From Pristiophorus japonicus (taxonomy: Eukaryota), in the NCBI RefSeq assembly GCF_044704955.1, contig NC_091995.1:17918001-17982000 (forward strand): a stretch of DNA of 64,000 nt, written 5' to 3'. Below, one piece after another: positions 48,295 through 60,400 of this stretch (positions are counted from its first letter, which is position 1; every line of letters starts with the position of its first letter). Made by a program: the position numbers and the translations under genes. Below the pieces are notes generated by a model. That model worked only from the letters and a program-made list of their open reading frames with translations. It was not told the DNA's origin and ran no database searches.

Positions 48295-48995
48295 AAGTCC
48301 TTGTCCATAAAACACAAAAAGTTAGTATGCAGGTACAGCAAACAATGAGGAAGGCAAATGGAATGTTGCGCTTTATTGCAAGGGGAATAGAGTATAAAAT
48401 CAGAGAAGTCCTGCTACAACTGTACAGAGTATTGGAGTACTGCGTAAAATTTTGGTCTCCATATTTAAGGAAGGATATATTTGCATTGGAGGCTGTTCAG
48501 AGAAGGTTTACTAGGTTGATTCTGGAGATGAGGGGGCTGACATGAGGAAAGGTTGAGTAGGTTGGGCCTATACATATTGGAGCTCAGAAGAATGAGAGGT
48601 GATCTTATCGAAATATATGATAATGAGGGGGCTCAATAAGGTGGATGCAGAGAGGAGATTTCCACTCATAGGGGAAACTGAAACTAGGGGACATAGCCTC
48701 AGAATAAAGGGCGCCCATTTAAATCTGAGATAAGGAGGACATTTTTCTGTGAGAGGGTTGTAAGTCTATGGAATTCTCTGCCCCAGAGAGCTGTGGAGGC
48801 TGAGTCATTGAATATATTTAAGGTGGAGATAGACAGATTTTTGAGCGATAACGGAATAAAGGGTTATGGGGAGCGGGTAGGGATTTGGAGCTTAGCCCAT
48901 GATCAGATGAGCCATGAAATTTTTAAATGGTGGAGCAGGCTCGAGAGGCAAGGTGGCCTACTCCTGCTTCTGTTTCTTATGTTCTTATATTCTTA
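48295..48995 (+). mobile_element. CR1 3' fragment
   Basis: RKANGMLRFIARGIEYK..QRRFTRLI, tail (TTCTTATG). Confidence 0.88.
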
Positions 48996-48999
48996 AAAT

Positions 49000-49580
49000 G
49001 AATGACCTCACATTTACCTGCATTGAAATCTAACTGCCGATGCTTTGCCCACTCATTTAAGCTATCAATGTCTCTTTGTCATTTTATGTTCCCATCTACA
49101 GTACTTTCTATGCCACCTATCTTTGCTTCTTTGGTAAACTTGGATATAAAACTCTCTATTGTGCTATATAATTCATTGATGCATATTATGAATAGAAGAG
49201 GCCCCAGCACAGATCCTTGTGGGACATTAATAGTTATTTCCTTCTAATTGGAGTACATAGCAATTATCACTACTCTGTGTCTTCCACTGCCTAACCGATC
49301 ATCTAACAAGGTCAATAATTTGACTTAAATTCCATGAGCTTTACTTTCAGCCAACAGTCTCCTATGTGGAACGTTATGGAATACTTTTGTAGTCTATATA
49401 AACTACATCCATAGACATTCCTCTGTCTATTACATTAGTCTCTTCCTCAACAAATGCATAGTTAGACATGACCTATTCTTTACAATTTCATGTTAGCTCT
49501 CTCTAATCAGCTCAAATTTTTCCAACTGCTCAATCACTCTGTCCTTAATTATAGTTTCTAATAACATCCCCACAACTTGA
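49000..49580 (-). mobile_element. Old CR1 RT fragment
   Basis: Minus strand VPQGSVLGPLLFIICINEL..SKFTKEAKIGG. Confidence 0.75.
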
Positions 49581-51402
49581 TTGTCCTACTGTGTCAGCTG
49601 TGGCTCAGTGGTTAGCAATCCCGCCTCTAAGTCAGAAGCTTGTGTAGCACAAAAACTGTAGGCCAACACTCCAATCCAGTACTGAGGGAGTACTGAACTG
49701 TTGGAGGTGCCATCTTTCGGTTGAGACATTAAAGCGAGGCCCCATCTGCTCTTTCAAGTGAACGTAAAAGATCACAAGGCATTATTTTGAAGAAGAGCAG
49801 GGGAGTTCTCTCCTGTGTCTTGGCCAATACTTATCCCTCTATAAACAGAACAAAAAACAAATGATTTGGTCATTATCAAGTTACAGTTTATGGGAGCTAT
49901 CTTTTGTGAAAATTGGCTGCCGCTTTTCCTACATTACAAAAGTGACTGCACTCCCAAAGTAATTCATTGGCTGTTAAGCGCATGAAGAGTCCGTTGGTCA
50001 TGAAAAGCGCTATATAAATCCAAGTCTTTTTTCTTTTACTGAGAGCATTTAAAAATCAGACTGTGCATTCTACCAGTCAGTCTTTATTACTGTGGGGCAC
50101 GGGGGTCACTGCTGTTTCTGATCAATTAATGTTTTGCAGCCATGTTTTATTCAACACCATAGATTTCTTTGCTATGTTAAAAAATAAAATAGGGACCAAA
50201 TCAATAATATCTTATGTTTAATGGGATGTTATCTGTGATAGTGAGACGTGGGATGCAATCTGCGATCAAGATTTTCCAGCAAGAAGATTAATCATCATTA
50301 TGTTTTATTCATCCATTGAATCGTCAGTTAAACGTTGAACAAACTGTTATTTGTACATTTTATGGTCAAACACCGCTATCCACTTTGCTAGCATCATTTT
50401 TCAATCTTTGGAATCACCTCAAAACATGTTTCATATATTAGATCGTTTGCAGGAGTCCTGTGAAGTAGCATGATATTTATAATTTAGTCTTGTGGCCCCG
50501 TTTTCACTGAATTCCTCACTGCAGTCCCTTCCAAATGCAGGTCCAATACTTCAAGTTGTTTTCTTCTTCACTGTTGCATTTGGTTTAAATGTATTTTCAT
50601 TAAGTTTATGTTCAAGTAAAGCAACATGTTACAAACTTCACCGAAGAATGAAATGAACGAAATTGTGTTAAAAATAAGATCAACGGATCTATTAAAATTG
50701 AATAAAACACAGCCGGCAGAGTTCTTACCAAATATTTGACATGAGTACACAATAGCTTGAAAGTTGCTATAAAGGATCATTTATCCTATGCACTTTGTTT
50801 AGCCAAATTGTATTCCTATTGATAAAGAATCGGTTCACTCTTTAGTTACACATAACGCCCCCCAAGTGTTATGTTCTCATCCAACCCCTTAAAGCGTTTC
50901 TATCAAATTGATGTGCCTGCTTCTTTAGGAAGGTACAGGATCTACAGCTTAACAGGGTTAAAAAAAACATCTATTAAAGGGATATCATACCGAAGATTTT
51001 AAGTATTGGTACTTCAGTAACGATGTATAATTTCTAGGCTTATAACAAAAAATATGCGTACGGTTTATATTTTCTCTTTATGAAATCGAAGCAAATCACA
51101 CAGCCAAATATTAATTCACAAATCAGAATCCATCTGGAGTAGCACATGACCTTTCCTGGTCATCCAATCACTGGACAAGCATTATTGCCTTTGAGAAACG
51201 TATCAGATGCAAACAAGAAAGACGGAGGGTGGCGTGAAATTGTGCATGGGCAGGCATGCAAAACAGACAGTTTTGCATTGGTCCCCTGTTGTACGTTACA
51301 ACCGCTATTCGCCTCCATTTACATCAATGGATCGGAATATTGAAGATACGCTACAATGGTCAGCAAATGAGCAGCGGTACAGAAAAAGCAAGTAAAACTT
51401 CA

Positions 51403-54400
51403 CTAGAGTCCTGTAAGTGTTAGGGAGAGATGGTTCAACGCCACTGGGTTAGGGATAGAGCATTAGCTAGATCTTGCAAAGTCATTGGACGTTCATAGAT
51501 AATGTAACAGAAATGGCTTGTGTGTGGGACTGTGTTGCTTACAGGATAGCACGGTTACAGCAAAGAAGGAGGCAATTAGGTCTGTTGGAGCGGATTTTTG
51601 GACATATACCTGACTAGTATATGGGACCAAACATTTGTTTTTATTTTCCCCTTTAATGAATTTTGTAAGTGAGAATACTGATGCATTATGCTTTATATAA
51701 AAAAACAGTTAGACTTCAAGGTATGCTGGCCTTGAGTTATGGAGATAGGAAAGTGAGATAATGAATGACTGGAGAGATAATTAAGTGGGATGTTTGTCTA
51801 TACCGGTGCCAAAAGGCCTGCACTTGTTTATAATGCCCTGTCACAATGAAGGCTGGTTTATATCAAGAACTCAGCCTTGGATAGTAAACCTTGTAATGCG
51901 ATGATTAGACTTAAGGACTAATGCTAAAACATGTGATGTAAAGTGACGTAATTTGTAAGATAAAAGAACCTCACTGGAGATACCAAAGGGAGAAGTGGTT
52001 CAGAGACAGGGGTCTCTAACACTTCTCCCAAAGCTTTGTCTCCGATTTAATAAACCTCTCTTTATATATTATACAGTCTCGGAAATATTTTTCCATAACA
52101 GATCCGTTGAACCTGTGCAGGTTCTCTGCAAGAGCACTTCAGCTAGTCCCACTCCCCTGTCCTGTCCCCGTTACAAGAATGTAAGAACATAAGAACATAC
52201 GAAATAGGAGCAGGATTAGGCCATTTGGCCCCACGAGCTTGCTCCACCATTCAATAAGATCATGAGTGATTTGACTATGGACTCAGCTCCACTTCACTGC
52301 CCGCTCCCCATAATCTTTTACTCCCTTATCGCTCAAAAATCTGTCTATCTCCACCTTAAATATATTCAATGGCTCAACTTCTACAGCTCTCTGGGGCAGA
52401 GAATTCCATAGATTTAAAACCCTCTGAGAAAAGACATGCCTCCTCATCTCAGTTTTAAATGGGTGGCCCCTTATTCTAAGACTATGTCCCCAAGTTTTAG
52501 TTTCTCCTATGTGGAAATATCCTCCCTGCATTCACCATATCGAGCTCCCTCATTATCTTATAAGTTTCCATAAGATCATCTCTCATTCTTCTGAACTCCA
52601 ATATGTATAGTCCCAAACTACTCAATCTATCCTCATAAGGCAACCCCCTCATCTCCAGAATCAATGTAGTGAACCTTCTCTGAACAGCCTCCAATGCAAG
52701 TATATCCTTCCTTAAATATAGATACAAAAATTGTACACAGTACTGCAGGTGTGGCCTCAGCAATACCCTGTACAATTGTAGCCGGACTTCTCTGCTTTTA
52801 TACTCTATCACCCTTGCAATAAAGGCCAAGATTCCATTTGCCTTCCTGATTACTTGCTGTACCTGATACTAACGTTTTGTGTTTCATGCACAAGGACCCC
52901 CAGGTTTGTCGGACTGCAGCACTTTGCAATTTTTCTCCATTTATATTAGAATTTGCTGTTCTATTATTTCTGCCAAATTGGATAGCCTCACATTTTCCCA
53001 CATTATACTCTATCCGCCAAATTGTTGCCCACTCACTTAGCCTGTCTATATCCCTTTGCAGATATGTTGTGTCCCCCTCACAATTTGCTTTCCCACCCAT
53101 CTTTGTATCATTAGCAAACTTGGCTACGTCACACTCGGTCCCTTCATCTAAGTCATTAATATAGATTGTAAATAGTTAAGGCCTCTGCACTGATCCCTGC
53201 GGCACTAGTCACTGTTTGCCAACCGGAAAATGACCCATTTAACCTAACTCTCTGTTTTCTGTTAGTTAACCAATCCTCTATCCATGATAATATATTACTT
53301 CCAACCCTTCAATAAATACCGATGAAATGCTTATGACTGATAAAAACAGGTGGAAGAACTGCTTTTATCAGCGTAATATCTGCTTTTATCAGTGTAAGAC
53401 ATTTAAAGAACAGGAACATATTTTTTTAAATAATGTAAACATTTAAACACCTATTAAATAAGATAAGTTTATTGCTGGAGCCTTTTACGTTTGAATTTTA
53501 AAACATAATTAAATTCCAATTTGATTAATTTTAAATAAGGTTGAATTTTAAAACATAATTAAATTCCAATTTGATTCATTTTAAATAAGGTATTTTTTTA
53601 ACATTTATTTTAAGTGTTTGTCTATTGTTTTGCAGCTCGCTGCAAGTATGAATGGGGATCCCCTACTTGGATTAGTTGGACCGGCCCACGTCAACCCAGG
53701 TTCACATACCAAGCCCTTAAGCTCCTAGGATACATGGGTCTCTGCGAAGGCCTTCACGTACAGTCCTATCTCCGGGAACACCAGGTAAGTTCGTATACAT
53801 TTTGCAGGTCGGAAGCATCCATCCGCGGGAAGTTTCTGTCCGCAATTTGTGCGCCAATATGGCGTTCTTCACACTGAGGCACATTTCGTTTTTACCTGAT
53901 GTGGAGCTGTGTGCCTAAACTATGCTTCATTGACATTAAACACATTAGATGCCTGAATTCCAGTCATTGTAAGTTTACTTACCACAAAGTTAGAATCAGA
54001 CACATCGACTGAGCTAGCCATACCTATAATTTGTGAAAAGGAAGAAAATATGCGGATTTGAACAATTTACGGCGGTGATTTGTTACCTGTCCAAACGACG
54101 GATCTTGGAAGCAACCTTCCAGAGAAATCGAATCGAAAGTATGGCTCGAAGCAAAACTATTCCATAAAATTTAATAGCCGTATGAAAACATTCACTGTAC
54201 ATAGATGTGTAAAGTCAGAAGCACGCAGTCTGTTTACACAGCATATCGGACCGTTAATATAGCGAAAATGAAAAGTAACGTATTTCAAACAAAAGGAGAG
54301 GGTACATTATTAGGAATACATTCTAACAGGCACCAATGTGTTCACAGTAATTATAGCCATAGACTTAGTGTTACTTATATTAAGGAGTGCCCTTTATTAC

Positions 54401-57400
54401 GGTTGAATGCTAGCCGGACTAATGAATGTCGCACCAATGTGTTATATATTGAAAGGCTAATATAGACAATTTGTACGTAACTTGAACGTAACAAACCGGA
54501 ACAATCCTTACCATTTGGGTAGATATCGTCATAGATCTCGTCATCGCTAAACCATAAAGGGAGGAAGAAGCAAATGATTACGTGTTGAAAACATCCTGCA
54601 CAGGTCAGAGAAACATAAAGGCAGCAATATGTCACAGAGAGACCTACGCACCATTGCAGAGTTTGGGAGAAGTCTGTGGAAACACAAAAGGAACAAACAA
54701 CAAAATCGTAACTCTGTTATATCTGAAACCATATTTAGCACAGCTGTAGTTTAAAGCGCGTCACAGTTTTTTTTTAAATCATTTGTCTATTATAAATAAT
54801 AAATCTTTATCTACGGGCAGTGGGAGTGGAAAGGGGTTAGTGCAGTTGGATCTCATTCCATTATGCAACCCAGTCTCATCAAACTTTCGGGTAAGTGCAT
54901 CCTTTCTCGCTTTCGAGAAGGACAATGTGTAAAGAGAGTTTAGGACGGTTGCGAGCCAGAATCCAATGCGCGTGGTTGAACTGAATTTAATGAGGAGGCG
55001 GTTATTTGCACTGTGTCTGGCTGATTGGTACTCCGCCATCACATGACCTGATTGTTAATTGGTCCCCTTGGAGGATAATTCTCACCCAGAAGTTTCTCTG
55101 GAGTGCGTAATTGGAACCGCAGCCCAAGTTCTGAGTGACTTTGCAGAGTGTCATTCGAGCCATTATGACTTCAGAACTCCTCTGCAAGCAGCCAGAGAGG
55201 ATAGAGATCACAGCAAAAGCCTCCCAAACCCTTGTCCCCAGCCCAAGTGCATGCCTCCACTCCCCCCAGCCGCAGTCCCGGACATCCCAGCCCAAGTTCA
55301 TCCCTCATCTCCAGCCCGTGCTGCATTCCTAGCCGAAGTCCATTACCTCAGCGCGAGTGCTGCCTCCCCCAGCCGAAGTCCCTTACCCAAGTGCAAGTGC
55401 ATGACCTTAACTCCCACCGTAGTTGGGGCATTTTGTGTCGGTCATGGATTGTTAATAGGTTTATTGGGTAGGAAGTGAACAGTGACAGTTTAGTCACTTC
55501 CAGATTTCATCCACTGTGGGTGTAAAGGGGGTTTGTAGAATATGAGACATCTTCCCTGAACGCTCTCCCTTCCAATCCCCATCCTGCTTCCCCATCTCTC
55601 TCTCTCCCCATCTCTCACTCCACTCTCTTTCTCCCCCGACTTTCTCTCTTCCCCCCCCCCCCTCCGCCCCCATGTTTGTCTCCTCTTCCCCGACGTTTCT
55701 CTCTCCAGTCTTCCTGCCCGCCCCCGTTGTCTTTCTCTCTCCCCCGTATGTCTCTCTCCACCCGCGTATCTCTGTACTTCCTGGTGTCTCTCACTCCACG
55801 CCCCCCCCCCCGCAGTGCCTCCTTCACCCACCCCCCATGTCTCTCTCCCCCTGCAATGTCTCTCTCTCCCTCCCTCATGTCTCTCTGTCCCCTCCCCCCT
55901 TCACCGTGTCTAACTCTGTCACCCCTACCTGCCCACTCGCCGCCTCTATCACCGCCCAACGCCTCTCTCTACCCAGCCCGCTCTCCCCCCGCCCGTTCTG
56001 CCGCCTCCTCGCGCTCCCTGCCCGCCACCTCTCTCCCCACCCGCTGCCTCTCTCTCCCCGCCCATCTGTTGTCTCTCTAACCCCCGCCCGGTCGCTCCTC
56101 TCTCCCCGGCCGCCGTCTCTCTCCCCTTCCGCCATCTCTATCCCCCCCGCCGCCCGCCGCCTCTGTCTCTCTCCCCCACTATGTCCGATGTTTTCTCTCC
56201 CACAGAAGGCCGCAATAATGCAAAGACTGGAAGCAACGTTTCAGCAGCGGATTACATGCGGACTCATCGGAGCCCCACTTTCAGTTGCGATTTCTGCTCC
56301 GAGTCTGCGCATGCAGGAGAGGCATCGGTGCAGAGGACGCAGGTGCAGAAAAAACACAATGCATATCGGCACTCAGATATAAATAAGCATAAAAGTGAAA
56401 ATGTGTGCCTGATCCAACAAATCAAAAGAGCTGTCATACTGACAAAACAAAAATAATTCTTCAGAGTTTGTTGCTAAAGTATAGCATTGCCGATGCATTT
56501 GCTACCTCGAGAATTGACACTGATGGCGAGCCTCCCACATTCTACCCTACGTAAAGTAGAGGTGATCGAAATCTCGGCTGCCCATATCCTGACTCACACC
56601 AAGTCCCACACACCCTTCTGCTCGATTGGCTCTGTGTTAAGCAACTGCTCGATTTCAAAATTCCCATCTTTATTTACAAATCCCTCCATGGCCTTGCTCA
56701 TCCCTATCTCTATAATCTCCTCCAGCCCAAGAGCCGCCCCTCCCAGAGAGATGCGCTCCTCTAATTCTGTCCTCATGAGCATCCCTGATTATAATTGCTC
56801 AAACATTGGTGGCCGTGTCTGTAGCTGCTAGGAACCTAACTTCTGGAATTCCCCACGTAAATCTCTCTGCCTCTCTCCCGCTTTCCTCTCCTTATGACGC
56901 TCCATAAAAGCTACCTCTTTGACCAAGCTTGTGTTCATCTGCCCTAATGTCTTTTTACCTGGCTCGGTGTCAAATTTATTTTTTTGTTTTATAACACTCC
57001 TGTGAAGCGTCTTGGGACGTTTTACAACGTTAAAGGTGCTATATAAATACACGTTTTTGTTGTTATTATGGAGCACAGGGAACTCTATTTTCCTGGCGGG
57101 CGCAATAATTCAATAGCCCTCTAACAGTGGTTGTTGCTGATGCTGTCGCCAATTTTAAACTAAGGCCGGGCAGCAAACCCGCAGATCGGGTGGAACGTCG
57201 GTCTTACACTCCACATGATATCAACCTCCATTGACTTCAATGGTGAGTATAATCAGGACAGGGTGTAAAACCCATATTTCTCCCAATCTCATCAATTCCC
57301 GATGGTCGGGTGAGGTTATAATTGGCCCACGAGGTCAAGAACACAAGGGAAAGGGTATTACATCTCCAACAAGCGAGAGTCTAACCACCGCCCCTGAGAG

Positions 57401-60400
57401 TCAATGGCATTACCATCGCCGAATCCTCACCATCAACTTCCTGGGGGCATCAACATTGACCAGAAACTTAAATGGCCCAGCGACTTAATACTGTGGGTAC
57501 AAGAGCAGGTCAGAGGCTGGGTATTCTGCAACGAGTGTTTCACCTCCTGACGGCCACCCGGCCCCCCACCTGCACCGCGCCCCAAAGTATTTCTACCTCC
57601 AACAAGGCACAATTCAGGAGTGTAATAGAATTTCTCCACTTGCCTGACTGAGTGCAGCTCCAACAAGACTCAAGAAGCTCGACAGCATCCAGGACAAAGC
57701 AGCACGCCTGATTGGCACCCCATCTACCACATTAAATGTTCACTCCCTCCACCCCCAGCTGCAATGTGTACCATCTGCAAGATGCATGGAGCAACTCGCC
57801 AAGGCTTCTATGGCAGCACACCCCAAACCCACAACCTCTACCTAAGAGGACAGGGGCAGCAGGCGCATGGGAACACCGTCACCTGCAACTTCCCCTCCAA
57901 GCCACACACCATCCTGAATTGGAAATATATCGACCATTCCTTCATCATCACTGGGTCAAAATCATGGAACTCCCTATCAGCACCGGGAGCAGAAGACCTT
58001 CTACGTAAGGACTGCAGCGGTTCAAGAAGGCAGCTCACCGCCAAGGTTAATTAAGGAAGGCCAATAAATGCTGTCCTCAACAGCAACGTCCACATCCCAG
58101 GAACAAATACAAAAAATAGCAAGCAGCAAGCTACTGAGGTTGTTCCTCAGCAATTCACACACGTATAATATTGAGGACTCATTGAAATTTGTCAACTGGG
58201 AAAATTAAGTGATTCTTTAATCGGCGGTGCTCACCATCTACATCAGTGTCATCATAGAGCGGCCCGTTCCTTAGGGACAACAGACAAATACAGAAAATTA
58301 GTGCCACAGCATAGTTAGTAAACTAACTATAGAACAATTATAATACAACAGGTTGAAAATTTAAACTCTGAGATTCACTGACCTTCCAAATTGCGGGGGA
58401 ACATCTGTAAAAATAAAGTTAAGCATGAAAGATTTGTAGCGTTAATGCAATTTGTCTAAAGACATTTTGAGTACAGGAAACTGTTTCCATTTGCGGGAGG
58501 GTTAGTAACCTGAGGACATAGATTTAAAATAATTGGCAAAAGAACCAGAGGGGAGTTGAGGAGATTTGATTTATGCTGTGAGTTGTTATGATATGGAGTG
58601 CACTACCTGAAAGAATGGTAGAAGCACGATCCCTTCATCTACTGCACCCAGATGTTCTTTTCCTAACACCCCACCCCCGCTCCCCGCCCTTCGCAGGTTC
58701 CAGCCCAGATGTTCTCACCTTCCATCCCACCCAACATGCTCCGGCCTGATATATTCTGTTCCTTTCCCCTGCTTCCCCGGCTCGATATTCTCTCCCTCAC
58801 CTCCTCGATGCTCCTTCGGCGATATTCTCTACCCCGCCGCCCCACCCCATGCTCCAACCCCGATCTTCTCTCACCGCACCGCCGCCCCACGCCCCGCCGC
58901 CCGATGATCCTGTCCTGAACTTCTCCACGATGTTCCAGCCCCGTTGCTTCCATCCCTCATCCCCAATCCTCCTCCGGCCAGCGAACCTCCCCCTCCCACT
59001 ATTGCACGCATCTGATCCGCCCCCCACCCAACCTCTCTGTAGTTTGGTGCCACAGGCCTCTCCATCTAGGTGGCTGCGGGTGGGGAATCAAAGGTTGGAA
59101 ATGAAAATCAGGCCCCACCGTTAAGTTCAGCAGAGCTCGCGGTAAACCCGTCCCCGCGGGTTTCTCAGCCGCTTTCATGCACCTCTGCCTCCCGATTAAA
59201 ATTCAGGCCATTGTATCATGCAATCTCCTACCCTAGTGAGACCAGTTAGTTCGGTGTGTCTCACTGATCCAAACACTGGCTACCACTGGTACTGTGATTC
59301 AGTAGTACACCAGAGCAACGTAAACGCTACGCATGTTTTTTTTTGTATTCGTTCACTGGATGTGGGCATTAACTGGCAAGGTAATAGTTATTGCTCATCC
59401 CTAATTGCCCACGAGAAGGTGGTGTTGAGCTGCCTTCTTGAACAACAGAGGGCAGTTAAGAGTCGACCAACATTGCTGTGGGTCAGAAGTCACATATAGG
59501 CTAGACCAAGTATGAATGGCTGATGTCCTTCCCTAAAGGACATTCGTGAGCCAGATGGGTTTTTATGACAATCCGGTTGTTTCATGGTCACCATTACTGA
59601 TCCTAGCTTTTTCAGTCCAGATTGATTTAATTAACTGAATTTAAATTCCCCAGCTGCCATGGTGGGATTTTTAAAACTCGTGTCTCCGGATCACTAGTCC
59701 AGTAACATAATCACTATGCTACCATTCCGCGTGTGCATCACTCACCAGCTGGATTAATTTCATCACAGGTGCGAAAAGCGCTCTCCATCCAGGGGCTGGG
59801 AAAGAAGAAAAGAAAATCACATAGCTAGGGGAAAAAAAATCCAGCTAATTAAATAACGTTTTACCCTCTATAACCACGAACCAACCTTTGTGCTTGCGGA
59901 GCTAACTCTGTGGGATTAAAACTCAAAAATTAAGGTTTATCCATTGATGCAAGCAAGACATTTGATACTGTGAAAAAAGATTAAAATTATATAGACCTCT
60001 TATGTCCATCTAGGAACAATAATCAGTAAAACTACTGAAGTCCTTTCCGAACAATAATTGGTAATTAAAAAAATAATGCTTAAATGACTATTTAATATAT
60101 CGACCACTTAAATACTCACCATTAAAATGAATGTTACTGCAAGGCGCAATATTGCTTTGGGATTAAAACAGAAAAGTGAAAAGGTGTCAATGGATTGCAT
60201 ACCTAAATGCATATCAATTCAATAAAAACACCAAGAGAAGTGTCATCTTCACTTCAATATTCATTGACCGTTGTAAGCGTGCAAGGTCGAGGGCTGCAGG
60301 AATAAAAGGTGATGTAGAAAGTGTTACAACTTAACTACGGGCTTGTGGTAGCTTAATGGTTATAAGAACATAAGAACAGAAGAAATAGGAGCAGGATTAG

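Noticed and set aside
49590-49680. tRNA gene
   Set aside because: The tRNA-like head continues into a SINE body found in several degenerate copies; no complete cloverleaf
54087-54115. Extra gene C exon ending ..DPSFGQ|gtaaca
   Set aside because: Ends in phase 0 whereas the next (41-nt) exon needs phase 1 by homology with A and B; weak acceptor
55490-56382. Several 110-236-aa ORFs
   Set aside because: Produced by a C/T-rich low-complexity tract that lacks stop codons
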